Assembly (NCBI GenBank): GCA_036337765.1
Contig: JAYZDP010000152.1
Coordinates: 17-64,016 of the forward strand
Direction of reading: 5' to 3'
Source of the DNA: Acidobacteriota bacterium
GTDB lineage: Bacteria; Acidobacteriota; Thermoanaerobaculia; Multivoradales; Multivoraceae
DNA length: 64,000 nt
Part shown: positions 1-9,586 of the stretch, one piece after another
Position numbering within the stretch: position 1 is the stretch's first letter
Layout: every line of letters starts with the position of its first letter
Position numbers and translations under genes: made by a program
The notes under the pieces: model-generated
Database searches by the model: none
What the model was told of the DNA's origin: nothing
Seen by the model: only the letters and a program-made list of their open reading frames with translations

Positions 1-4
1 TCGA

Positions 5-2443
5 ATGCGCAGAACAAGCCCAGGGAAGCGGAATCCCGAGGCCTGGGGGCCCCACTTCTTCAGCGTTTTCTCGACGCTGTGCGTAATGACCGCGACGATC
101 GGCGGCGTCGCCGAGGCTGCCGAGGCGATCCCCTCCACGCGGGCCTTTCTTGATCGCCACTGCGTCACCTGCCACGGCGATCGCAAGACCGAGGCCGGCC
201 TCTCGTTGGTCGCGCTGGATGCTGATCGGATCGGTCACCTTCGGCCCGAGATCGAGACCTGGGAGAAGGTGGCCCGCAAGCTCCGCGAGCGCTCGATGCC
301 CCCGCCCGGGCGCCCGCGCCCCGAGAATGCTGTCTACGAGGGCGTCGTCACCCCGATCGAGGCCGCCCTCGATCGCGCCTCCGACGCCCGTCCCGATCCC
401 GGTCGGCCGCCGATTCACCGACTCAACCGGGCGGAGTACCGCAACGCGATCCGCGACCTTTTGGCGATCGACATCGATGAGCGGGCACTGCTGCCTCCCG
501 ACGAGTCCGGCTACGGCTTCGACAACATCGCCGACGTGCTTTCGATCTCGCCGCTGCTACTCGATCGCTACATGGTGGCGGCCGAGAAGATCAGCCGCCT
601 GGCGTTGGGGTCACCCGAGCTCCGACCGACGATCGAGAAGTACACCATGCCCTACACCATGCGGCAGAACGGCCGCATGAGCGAGCAGCTGCCGTTCGGA
701 TCGCGCGGCGGGATGGCCGTGCAGCACCACTTCCCTCTCGACGGCGAGTACGTCATCCGCCTCGCACTGCAACGCGCCTACGGCAACGCGATCCGCGGCC
801 TCGGAGTGCCGCACGAGCTCGAGCTCCGTCTGGACCGGGAGCGTATCGCCGAGTTCACGATCGGCGGCGACGGTGAGCGCGGCCCCTGGGACACGGTCTC
901 TCGGCCGACGATTTACGAACAGGTCGCCGACGACGAGATCGAAGTCCGCATCCGGGTGGCGGCGGGCACCCGCCTGGTCGGCGCGGCTTTCCTCGACACG
1001 CGGACGCTGCGGGAGGGTATCCGCGAGCCACGGCCGGGTGTCTCGAGCCTCGCCTACGCCTGGGATCGCAACTCGCCGATGGCGCTCGACTCGATCGAGA
1101 TCCGCGGCCCCTACGGCGCCACCGCACACGGAGACACGGCGAGCCGCGCCGCGATTCTGACCTGCCGACCCGATGCGGTCGCCGCACAAGAGTCCTGCGC
1201 AGCCGAGATCCTCGGCGGACTGGCACGGCGTGCATTCCGCCGACCAATCGGCGACGAGGATCTCGACCCTCTGCTGGCGCTGTTCGCCAAGGGTCGTGAA
1301 CGGGGCGGGTTCGAGGGCGGCATCGAGTTCGCGATGCGCGGCATCCTGATCGACCCCGAGTTCCTCTTCCGGCTCGAGCGTGACCCAACCACCGTCGCGC
1401 CAGCGACCGCGTATCGGCTCACCGACCTCGAGCTCGCCTCGCGGCTGTCCTTCTTCCTCTGGAGCAGCATTCCAGACGACGAGCTCTTGGCGCTGGCCGA
1501 GGCAGATGCCCTCTCGAACGCCGAAACGCTCCGCGACCAGGTTGCGCGGATGTTGCGCGACCCGCGCTCCGAGGCGCTCATCGACAACTTCTTCGGCCAG
1601 TGGCTGCTGCTGCGCAACATGCGCTCGGTCGCCCCCGACCCGGATGCCTTTCTCGACTTCGACGAGAACCTGCGCGAAGCGATGCAGCGCGAGACGCGGC
1701 TGTTTGTCGCCAATCAGGTGCGCGAGGATCGCAGCGTCACCGACCTGGTCGACGCCGACTACACCTACCTCAACGAGCGCCTCGCCCGGCACTACGGCAT
1801 CGCGGGCGTCTACGGCAATCACTTCCGCCGCGTCCCGCTCGACGGCCGAGGACCGCGTACCGGTCTCCTGGGCCAGGGGAGCGTGCTGACGGTCACCTCC
1901 TACCCGAATCGCACGTCTCCGACCAAGCGCGGCCTGTGGGTTCTCGAGCACCTGCTCGGCGCGCCGCCGCCGCCCCCGCCGCCAGACGTCCCCAGCCGCG
2001 CCGATACCGAAGCGACGGCCACGGGTCAAGCCGTGTCGATGCGCGAGCGCCTGGACTTGCACCGCACCAACGCGGTCTGCGCGAGCTGCCACGCGCGCAT
2101 GGACCCACTCGGCTTCGCGCTGGAGAACTACGACGGCATCGGCGCCTGGCGAGACGACCAAGGCGGAGCGCCGATCGATGCCAGCGCCGTCCTCGCGAAC
2201 GGCACGGACTTCGAAGGGCCGGGCGGGCTGCGCCGGCTTCTCCTCGGCGAGAGGGATCGTTTCGCCGCGACCGTGACCGAAAAGCTCACGACCTACGCGC
2301 TCGGGCGCGGTCTCGAGTACTTCGACGCAGCGGCGATTCGCCGCATAGCGCGCCAGGCCGCCGTCCAGGACTATCGCTGGTCGGCGATCGTCGAGGGCAT
2401 CGTCGAGTCGACGCCCTTCCAGATGAGGAGGTCGCAGGAATGA
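5..2443 (+). CDS. DUF1592/DUF1588/DUF1585/DUF1595-family protein with N-terminal planctomycete-type cytochrome c domain (CxxCH). The start is uncertain and the gene may begin upstream of the window.
   Basis: 812-aa ORF. HCVTCHGDRKTEAGLSL heme-binding motif at the N-terminus, followed by the long conserved PSD-type region typical of DUF1592 proteins. Its stop overlaps the start of the DUF1552 partner (ATGA). Confidence 0.8.
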   Translation: MRRTSPGKRNPEAWGPHFFSVFSTLCVMTATIGGVAEAAEAIPSTRAFLDRHCVTCHGDRKTEAGLSLVALDADRIGHLRPEIETWEKVARKLRERSMPPPGRPRPENAVYEGVVTPIEAALDRASDARPDPGRPPIHRLNRAEYRNAIRDLLAIDIDERALLPPDESGYGFDNIADVLSISPLLLDRYMVAAEKISRLALGSPELRPTIEKYTMPYTMRQNGRMSEQLPFGSRGGMAVQHHFPLDGEYVIRLALQRAYGNAIRGLGVPHELELRLDRERIAEFTIGGDGERGPWDTVSRPTIYEQVADDEIEVRIRVAAGTRLVGAAFLDTRTLREGIREPRPGVSSLAYAWDRNSPMALDSIEIRGPYGATAHGDTASRAAILTCRPDAVAAQESCAAEILGGLARRAFRRPIGDEDLDPLLALFAKGRERGGFEGGIEFAMRGILIDPEFLFRLERDPTTVAPATAYRLTDLELASRLSFFLWSSIPDDELLALAEADALSNAETLRDQVARMLRDPRSEALIDNFFGQWLLLRNMRSVAPDPDAFLDFDENLREAMQRETRLFVANQVREDRSVTDLVDADYTYLNERLARHYGIAGVYGNHFRRVPLDGRGPRTGLLGQGSVLTVTSYPNRTSPTKRGLWVLEHLLGAPPPPPPPDVPSRADTEATATGQAVSMRERLDLHRTNAVCASCHARMDPLGFALENYDGIGAWRDDQGGAPIDASAVLANGTDFEGPGGLRRLLLGERDRFAATVTEKLTTYALGRGLEYFDAAAIRRIARQAAVQDYRWSAIVEGIVESTPFQMRRSQE

Positions 2444-3777
2444 TCGTCACCGGAAAGCACCTCTCGCGCCGCACCTTTCTGCGCGGGGCCGGCGTCAGCC
2501 TCGCGCTTCCGCTGCTCGACAGCATGGTCCCCGCATTCGGCGCGCCCGTCGCCAGGCCAGCGCGGCGTCTCGGCATCGTCTACGTTCCGAACGGCCTCTA
2601 CATGCCGAACTGGACGCCCGCCGCCGACCGTCTCGAGATCACCCCGACACTCGTGCCCCTGGGACGCTTCAAGGACCAGATGGTCATGATCAGCGGGCTG
2701 TGCAGCGAGGAGGGCATCGCCCGACCCGGCGAGGGGGCCGGCGACCACGCTCGCGCCGCCGGTGCGTTCCTCACCGGCGTGCACCCGAAAAAGACCGAGG
2801 GGTACGACGTGAGGGCCGGCATCTCGATGGACCAGATCGCCGCGCGCACCCTCGGGCAGCAGACGCAGCTGGCGTCGCTCGAGATGTCGCTCGAGTCCTC
2901 CGATCGCGCCGGCGCCTGCGACCCCGGCTACACCTGCGTCTACGCCAACACTCTGTGCTGGTCCTCAGAGACCACCCCGCTGCCGATGTCGAGCAACCCG
3001 CGCGTGGTCTTCGAGCGCCTGTTCGGCACCAGTGGCTCGACCGATCCCAGCGCCTGGCTCGAAGCGCGGCGCCACGACCGCAGCCTCCTCGACATGGTCA
3101 CCTCGAAGGTGGCGCGGCTGCGCGCCGACCTGGGACCGCGCGACCGGGTCAAGCTCGAGGAGTACCTCGACGCGGTGCGCGACGTGGAGCGCCGCATTCA
3201 GATGGCCGAGCAGAAGCCGGCGCGAGAGCTCCCACGAGTCGAGCAGCCGGCCGGTGCCCCCGACACCTACGTCGAGCACGCCAAGCTGATGTTCGATCTG
3301 CAGGTTCTCGCCTACCAGGCCGACCTGACTCGGGTCATCACGTTCATGATGGGAAGCGAGACTTCGAACCGCGCCTTCCCGGAGATCGGCGTGCCGGACG
3401 CCCACCACGCGCTGTCGCATCACGGCAACGACCCGCTGCTCATCGAGAAGCTGAAGAGGGTCGATTCCTACATTACGCAGACCTTCGCCTACTACGTGAA
3501 TCGGCTGGCTTCGACGCCGGACGGCGACGGGAGCCTGCTCGACCACATCGTGCTGCTGTACGGCAGCGGCATGAGCGACGGCAACGTCCACAACCACCAC
3601 GACCTGCCGACGCTGCTGCTCGGCGGGGGTGCCGGTCGGCTCGCCGGCGGGCGCCACATTCGCGCCCAGCCAGATACACCGAACACGAATCTGTTCCTCA
3701 CGCTGCTCGACAAGCTCGACGTCCCGATCGACACCCTCGGCGACAGCACCGGCCGCCTGGAGTCGCTGACTGTCTAG
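2440..3777 (+). CDS. DUF1552-family protein, Tat-exported partner of the DUF1592 protein
   Basis: Tat motif SRRTFLRGAGVSLA. HxxSHH signature (HALSHH). ATG overlaps the upstream stop (ATGA) in the frame of track ORF 1600..3777. Confidence 0.85.
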   Translation: MIVTGKHLSRRTFLRGAGVSLALPLLDSMVPAFGAPVARPARRLGIVYVPNGLYMPNWTPAADRLEITPTLVPLGRFKDQMVMISGLCSEEGIARPGEGAGDHARAAGAFLTGVHPKKTEGYDVRAGISMDQIAARTLGQQTQLASLEMSLESSDRAGACDPGYTCVYANTLCWSSETTPLPMSSNPRVVFERLFGTSGSTDPSAWLEARRHDRSLLDMVTSKVARLRADLGPRDRVKLEEYLDAVRDVERRIQMAEQKPARELPRVEQPAGAPDTYVEHAKLMFDLQVLAYQADLTRVITFMMGSETSNRAFPEIGVPDAHHALSHHGNDPLLIEKLKRVDSYITQTFAYYVNRLASTPDGDGSLLDHIVLLYGSGMSDGNVHNHHDLPTLLLGGGAGRLAGGRHIRAQPDTPNTNLFLTLLDKLDVPIDTLGDSTGRLESLTV

Positions 3778-3880
3778 GATCTCGATTGCGCCCCTGCTCC
3801 TGGGGCTCATCGCAGCAGCCGCATTTCCGGCCTCCGAGCCGCGACTCGTAGCCGCTGCCGAGCGGCAGGATGCTCGAGCC

Positions 3881-5206
3881 GTGCGAGAGCTTCTGGCAGC
3901 GGGCAGTAGCGCGGACGCGCGCCAGCCCGACGGCACGACGGCGCTGCACTGGGCGGCGCACTGGAACGACGTGCACATGCTGCGCGATCTCCTCGATGTC
4001 GGAGCCGACCCGAACGCGACTAACGAGCTTGGCGCTGCGCCTCTATGGCTGACGGCGCTGAACGCTAGCGCGAAGGCCGGCGGCCTGTTGCTCGCGGCGG
4101 GAGCCGATCCCAACGCGAGTCTGCCCAGCGGCGAGACGGTGCTCATGGCCGCTGCCCGCACCGGGAGCGTCGAGCTGGTCCAGGCGCTGCTCGAGGCCGG
4201 CGCCGACCCCGACTCCCAGACCCACTGGCGAGGACAGACCGCTCTGATGTGGGCTGCCGGCGAAGGGCACGCGGACTCCGTTGCGAGGCTCGTCCGTGCC
4301 GGCGCCGAGGTCGACGCCCGCTCGAATCACGGCGGCACGGCACTCCTGCTGGCGGCGCGGCGCGGCGACACGGCGACCGCCCGGGCCCTGCTGGAAGGCG
4401 GTGCGGACGTCGATGCGGGCGAGCCGGTGCTCGCGACAAATGCCCGCGTCGATGTCGACGAGTCGCAGACCTCGGGCCGCACGCCGCTGTTCATCGCCAG
4501 CGCCTCGATCGTCGCTACCAGCGGCTTCGAGTACGGCCTGGTCACCAAGCCCAGCGGCCACGAGGAGCTGGCGATCTTCCTGCTGGCAAACGGCGCCGAT
4601 CCAAACCGCGCCGACAGCATCGGTAAAACGCCGCTGCACGCGGCGGCCGAGACCGGAAAGGCTCGGTTGGTCGAGGCACTCCTGACGCACGGCGCCGATC
4701 CCGACGCCCGTCTGACGGCCGCGCCACCCCCACTACAGGGCGACTTCGTCGCCTACACGCGCTACGTCGGCGCGACGCCCCTGTGGCTCGCCGCCGCCGC
4801 TCGAACCCCCAACCCCGCCATCGTGCGAACCCTGGCCGCCGCCGGCGACCCGGAGCTCAAGGCCGACGACGGAACGACCCCGCTGATGGCGGCAGTCGGC
4901 ATGGTGCAGAACGAGGCGCGCCTCGCGCCGGAGCCCGACGCGCTGGAGGTGGTCCGGATTCTCGTCGGTCTCGACATCGACATCAACGCCACCGACAACC
5001 GCGGGCGCACCGCGATGCACGGCGCGGCGCGGCTCGCCCGCAACGCCCTGATCCCGGTTCTGGTCGACCGAGGCGGTCTCGTCAGCGTCGCGGATCTCGC
5101 CGGCAAGACGCCGCTGGACGTCGGTACCGTGGCGCGTCCGCTGCACCCGGACACCGCGGCCCTGCTACGCAGCTTCGGTGCCACCTCCGGCACTGGCGGT
5201 CGATAG
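3881..5206 (+). CDS. Ankyrin-repeat protein, at least ten ANK repeats
   Basis: Repeated G-TPLH-AA...G......LL..GAD-N motifs throughout. GTG start as given by the track. The in-frame upstream stretch 3770-3880 encodes a signal-peptide-like sequence. Confidence 0.8.
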   Translation: MRELLAAGSSADARQPDGTTALHWAAHWNDVHMLRDLLDVGADPNATNELGAAPLWLTALNASAKAGGLLLAAGADPNASLPSGETVLMAAARTGSVELVQALLEAGADPDSQTHWRGQTALMWAAGEGHADSVARLVRAGAEVDARSNHGGTALLLAARRGDTATARALLEGGADVDAGEPVLATNARVDVDESQTSGRTPLFIASASIVATSGFEYGLVTKPSGHEELAIFLLANGADPNRADSIGKTPLHAAAETGKARLVEALLTHGADPDARLTAAPPPLQGDFVAYTRYVGATPLWLAAAARTPNPAIVRTLAAAGDPELKADDGTTPLMAAVGMVQNEARLAPEPDALEVVRILVGLDIDINATDNRGRTAMHGAARLARNALIPVLVDRGGLVSVADLAGKTPLDVGTVARPLHPDTAALLRSFGATSGTGGR

Positions 5207-5565
5207 CGTCAGCCGAAGGTCTTGCCCGGGGCTACTCGGCCGGCTCCCGCCCGACTCCAGAACGTGAGCTCGCTGCCCGACCAGTCCTCGATCGAACAGC
5301 CCGCCATCCTCGTTGCAGCTGACGCCGCCGTCGAGCCGACGTCCCACGGATTGGGCATCACCAACGGCGAGCCGGGACATGAAGATCAAGAAAATGCCTG
5401 CGAACCTCGGCAGTATCACTCATCAGCCGAGCGTACCCTGGCCTGCGCCCGCCGCGGACGGTGGGTTGCGGTCCGCAGACGGACCGGGGAGGACCGCGTT
5501 GCGGTAGTGTCGCGGCGCCCGCTCGGGGAGGCCGGCGAACTACTCAACGCGCGAGAAAGAGGCTC

Positions 5566-5970
5566 ATGATCAAGATCGGCTCACTGGAGCACACTGCAGT
5601 GGCGTATCGCGACACCAACGCAGCGGCCAAGTGGTTCTGTGACGTGCTGGGTTTCGAGGTGGTCCTCGAGGCCGTCCATCCGGCCCACGGCGTCAACCTC
5701 TACTTTCTCAAGGACCCCGCTGGCAAGGGCATGATCGAGATCATCCCGATGCCACAGTCCGACGACGACCGCCTCGGAGATATCCCGACCGCGCACGTAC
5801 ATCTGGCCTTCGACGTCGAGGACATGGAAGAGGCGGTCGCGGGCCTGCGCGCCAAAGGCGTCGAGATCGAAGGCGACATCACCGAGATGGGTCCCAACAA
5901 GCTGCTGTTCTTCCGCGATCCGGAAGGCGCACCTCTGCAGCTCGTGCAGCGGCCGCAGGCGCTGATCTAG
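5566..5970 (+). CDS. VOC/glyoxalase-family protein
   Basis: 134-aa glyoxalase-like fold (GSLEHTAVAYRD...HVHLAFDVED). AAAGAGG Shine-Dalgarno 8 nt upstream of ATG 5566. Confidence 0.75.
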   Translation: MIKIGSLEHTAVAYRDTNAAAKWFCDVLGFEVVLEAVHPAHGVNLYFLKDPAGKGMIEIIPMPQSDDDRLGDIPTAHVHLAFDVEDMEEAVAGLRAKGVEIEGDITEMGPNKLLFFRDPEGAPLQLVQRPQALI

Positions 5971-6416
5971 TTTCGCGCTGTTCTGACAGCACGCGTTAAC
6001 CCTCCGGGGCGTACCAGCGTCTATTCCTTGGAGGCACTGGCCGCCCGGGGTGCCCGCCGCCATCTTGCCCGGCGACGGCACCGGCTAGAGCCGGCCGAGA
6101 TCTTTGTGGACGCGGTCTTTCTTGCGGCGAAGGAGAACCGCGTTGCGCCTTACGCCCGACGTGCGCCAAGTTCGATGAAGTCGAGCAGCTGGGCCCGCTC
6201 GCTAGCGCATGCGAGTCCTACCTTGCTTGCTGTCGTTATCTGGTTCTGACGCGGCGGCGTGATGATCCTACTCCCCGCTCAGTTTCCTGGTGCGCAAAGT
6301 GAACCGCGGGGGTGTCGTCCTGCACAACAGTCGGGTACAGGGCTAATGACCCCAGCCACCCACGGGCGCGGGTCGTCGAATAAGATCGCTGACTCGACAA
6401 TCCGAGGGAGGACGCC

Positions 6417-7463
6417 ATGACCCATAGCCGCTCGACCAAGGCTCCAAGCCGCCTCGCCGTCGCGATGGCCTTCGCCATCGGACTGTGCGCGGGACTGCTG
6501 CACGCCGCCAATCCGATCGAGACCCCGACGCACCGCTTCACCGAGGTGCGCAACGGCATCTACCTCGCGCAGACCACCGCGCGCGTCTTCAACAGCAACG
6601 CCGTAGTCATCGTCAACGAAGACGACGTGGTGGTGATCGACTCCCACGTCACGCCCGCCAAGGGGCGACAGCTGCGCGCCGCCATCACGGAGGCACTCAC
6701 CGACAAGCCGATCTCGACGCTGATCAACTCCCACCACCACTGGGACCATGCGCACGGCAACCAGGTGTTCACCGACGTGCCGATCATCGGGCACGAGTTC
6801 ACCTACGAGAGGCTCGCGGGCGCGCCGCTCGACGAGATCACCTACATCAACGGGTTGCAGGGCAATGCTGCCACGCTCGAGCGACTCGCCAAGCAGATCG
6901 AGGAGGCCGAGGACGACGACGAGCGCACCGGCCTCGAGGAGTACCTGGCGATGTTCGAGGCCCACGTCAGGGACTTCGACGAGATCGCGCCGGTGCCGCC
7001 CGACATCGTGATGAGCCAGCGTACGACCCTGTTCCGCGGCAGCCGCGAGATCCAGATCATGTTCCTCGGCCGCGCCCACACCGGCGGCGACGTCTTCGTC
7101 TACTTTCCCCAGGACAAGCTGCTCTACACCGGCGACGCGGCCTTCAACGGCCCTTCGTACCTGGGTGACGGCTTCGTCGACGAGTGGCCCTCGACGCTCA
7201 TGAACATGAAGAAGCTCGACTTCGACATCTTCGTGCCAGGCCACGGCCCCCCGGTCTCGGATCTGAGCCGCATCGACCTCGTTGCCGACTTTTACCGCGA
7301 CCTGTGGGAGAAGACCGCCGAGATGCACGCCGCGGGCGTGAGCGCGCAAGAAGCGTCAAAGACCCTCGATCTGACCAATCACACCAAAATCCCGATCAGC
7401 GAGGTTGGCCACAGCCTGATCTCGGTCGAGCGGATGTACTACCGCCTGTCCAATCCCGACTAG
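6417..7463 (+). CDS. MBL-fold metallo-hydrolase, secreted (paralog of 47852..48886)
   Basis: Signal peptide. HxHxDH motif (INSHHHWDHAHGN). GAGGGAGG RBS. Confidence 0.8.
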   Translation: MTHSRSTKAPSRLAVAMAFAIGLCAGLLHAANPIETPTHRFTEVRNGIYLAQTTARVFNSNAVVIVNEDDVVVIDSHVTPAKGRQLRAAITEALTDKPISTLINSHHHWDHAHGNQVFTDVPIIGHEFTYERLAGAPLDEITYINGLQGNAATLERLAKQIEEAEDDDERTGLEEYLAMFEAHVRDFDEIAPVPPDIVMSQRTTLFRGSREIQIMFLGRAHTGGDVFVYFPQDKLLYTGDAAFNGPSYLGDGFVDEWPSTLMNMKKLDFDIFVPGHGPPVSDLSRIDLVADFYRDLWEKTAEMHAAGVSAQEASKTLDLTNHTKIPISEVGHSLISVERMYYRLSNPD

Positions 7464-7521
7464 CCTTCGATCAGGCGGTCTTGCCGTGGTCGACCTCGGC
7501 GAGGCCGCGTCTGTCTGTAGT

Positions 7522-8298
7522 TCATGCCCCACCTGCCTGCTCGCGATACTCCGCGAAGCGCTCGTTGACGAAACGGATACCGAAGCCCAGGGGGCTCCCG
7601 ACCACCAAGAAACGGAACCCCCAGTCGACTTTCTGGCGGATCTCCTCCGGGTTCATGAGAATCGTGCCGATGATCTTGCCGGAGCCTTCGGCGCGCTTGG
7701 GCATCTCCTCCATGATGGCCTGCAGCTTCGAGTTCTGCATGTCGGCGGTGATCCCCATCGACGCCGACAGATCCATCGGCCCGATGAAGAGGACCTCGAA
7801 GCCCTCGACCGCCAGAATGTCGTCGATCTGCTCGTAGGCCTCGAGCGACTCCATCTGCAGACACAGCACGGTCTCGTCGTTGGCCGTGCGGATGACCTCC
7901 GGGAAGCTCTCGTTGGCAAGAGCGGCCCAGTGCGGGGAGATACCCCGATTGCCCAACGGCGGATAGCGCGCGTACTCGACGGCACGCTTCGCCTCCTCGA
8001 CGTTGGCCACCTGCGGCACCATGACCGCCACCGCGCCCGCGTCGTAGGCCTTCTTGATGTGTGCAGGGTCGTTCCAAGGCACCCGGACCATCGGTGCAAC
8101 GCCCTGCTGGCGCAGCACGATCGGGATCATCTCCAGGTCCTGAGGCCCGGCGGCCGAGTGCTCCTGGTCGATCCAGATGAAGTCGGCCTTGCAGTGATAC
8201 GCGAGCGCCGTCGCGATCCGGATGTCGTGTGCCGGCAACGCGGTGCCGAGCACCAGACGACCCTCCTCGATCTTCTTCCTCAGCGGATTCGGGTACAC
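7522..8298 (-). CDS. HpcH/HpaI-family class II aldolase (2-keto-3-deoxy-acid aldolase-like)
   Basis: Full-length similarity to HpaI/HpcH/RhmA aldolases (DFIWIDQEH, VEGFEVLFIGPMDLS). 3 nt downstream of the CoA-transferase stop. Confidence 0.8.
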   Translation of the reverse strand: MYPNPLRKKIEEGRLVLGTALPAHDIRIATALAYHCKADFIWIDQEHSAAGPQDLEMIPIVLRQQGVAPMVRVPWNDPAHIKKAYDAGAVAVMVPQVANVEEAKRAVEYARYPPLGNRGISPHWAALANESFPEVIRTANDETVLCLQMESLEAYEQIDDILAVEGFEVLFIGPMDLSASMGITADMQNSKLQAIMEEMPKRAEGSGKIIGTILMNPEEIRQKVDWGFRFLVVGSPLGFGIRFVNERFAEYREQAGGA

Positions 8299-8301
8299 GG
8301 C

Positions 8302-9528
8302 TCAGGCCTCCGTGAGGCGGGCGCGATCGACCATCTCGCGTCCCACGACACCTTCCGCCCGCAGCCCGTCGAGCTCATCACCCGACAGACCGAGATCGGC
8401 GGCGAGCACCTCGTCGGTGTGCTCACCGAGTAGGGGCGCGGCCTCGACATCGACCTCGCCCTTCGAGAAGCGCGGCCCCCAACCTAAGAGGCGCACATCA
8501 CCATGGTCCTTGTGCGTGACTTCGTGGATGAAGCCGCGCTCGATCAGATGGGGATCGCTGAACAGATCGTGGGTCTCGTACACGGCGCTCGCACACGCGC
8601 CGGACTCGGACAGGATCTCCATGCACTCGTGCTTGGTGTGCTGTTCGGTCCAGGCTCGGATCTCCGCCGACAGCTCGTTGCCGTTCTCCATCCTCAGATC
8701 GGGAGTCGCGAAGCGCGGATCGCTCTCGAGCTCGGGTCTCTCGATGGCGCTGCACACGGCCGCATACATGCGCGGGTTGACGGCCATGATGTAGACGTAG
8801 TCGTTCGGCCCACCGGGAGAACACGGATACAGCGACAGCAGCGGGTGCTCGCCGTTGCCGGTACGCGGCGTCGGCACCTCACCGTACTGGGTGCGAGAAA
8901 TGGCGGTGCGCAGGTAGTAGGTCATCGCCTCCTGCATCGACAGCTCGACCAGCTCGCCTTCGCCGGTGCGCAGCTTCTGCGCCCAGGCGGCGACCACCGC
9001 CAGTGCCGCCTGGACGCCTGTTCCGGCGTCCCCCATGGTGGCTCCAGGTCGCATCGGCGGGCCGTCGGCCTCACCGGTCACCGAGAAGGCGCCGGCGGCG
9101 GCCTGCGCCACCATGTCCATCGACTTGTAGTGCCCCCGCGGTCCGCTCGTTCCCCAGCCCTTGATGCGGACGTAAATGATGTCGTCGCGCAGCGCCTTCA
9201 GTGTGTCGTAGCCGAGCTCGAGCTTCTCGATCACGCCGGGCCCGTAGTTCTCGATGAAGACGTCGTAGTGCGGCACCATCCTGAGCAGGAGATCCCGCCC
9301 CTCCGTCGAGCGCAGGTTGAGCGTCACGCTGCGCTTGTTGGAGTTCCAGTTGACGAAGTACTCGCTGTCGATATCCTCGGCACCCGCCACGTGACGGCCG
9401 GGATCGCCAGTCGTCGGCGGTTCGACCTTCACCACGTCGGCTCCCAGCCAGGCCAAGGCCTGGGTGCACGAGGGCCCAGCCTCGAAATGGGTCATGTCCA
9501 GCACGCGCATTCCGTCCAGAGCAGCCAT
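8302..9528 (-). CDS. Family III CoA-transferase (CaiB/BaiF)
   Basis: MRVLDMTHFEAGPSCTQALAWLGADVVKVE N-terminus is typical of CaiB/BaiF/formyl-CoA transferase. Confidence 0.85.
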   Translation of the reverse strand: MAALDGMRVLDMTHFEAGPSCTQALAWLGADVVKVEPPTTGDPGRHVAGAEDIDSEYFVNWNSNKRSVTLNLRSTEGRDLLLRMVPHYDVFIENYGPGVIEKLELGYDTLKALRDDIIYVRIKGWGTSGPRGHYKSMDMVAQAAAGAFSVTGEADGPPMRPGATMGDAGTGVQAALAVVAAWAQKLRTGEGELVELSMQEAMTYYLRTAISRTQYGEVPTPRTGNGEHPLLSLYPCSPGGPNDYVYIMAVNPRMYAAVCSAIERPELESDPRFATPDLRMENGNELSAEIRAWTEQHTKHECMEILSESGACASAVYETHDLFSDPHLIERGFIHEVTHKDHGDVRLLGWGPRFSKGEVDVEAAPLLGEHTDEVLAADLGLSGDELDGLRAEGVVGREMVDRARLTEA

Positions 9529-9586
9529 GCAACCCCCTCCCGAGTGGAAACGGACTATACGGGACCCGACAGCCTTTCAGGACCGC

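Noticed and set aside
611-2161. Long antisense ORFs inside real genes (e.g. 611..2161 -, 6279..7349 -, 9555..10169 -, 47375..48859 -, 50463..51473 -)
   Set aside because: Stop-codon-poor antisense frames are expected at ~68% GC. They have Arg/Ala/Gly-rich low-complexity translations and no RBS or family similarity, and they overlap well-supported genes.
1600-3777. 725-aa track ORF spanning two genes
   Set aside because: Its first 280 codons are an out-of-frame read of the DUF1592 gene. The genuine DUF1552 gene starts at the internal ATG at 2440, which overlaps the upstream TGA.
5207-5565. 359-bp spacer between the ankyrin and glyoxalase genes, and the 446-bp spacer 5971..6416, screened for small RNAs or relic genes
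   Set aside because: No conserved structure, repeat or recognisable protein fragment in any frame.
5971-6000. Imperfect hairpin (GCGCTGT-TCTG-ACAGCACGC) right after the glyoxalase stop, considered as an intrinsic terminator
   Set aside because: The stem has a bulge and there is no downstream U-tract. It cannot be distinguished from GC-rich background.
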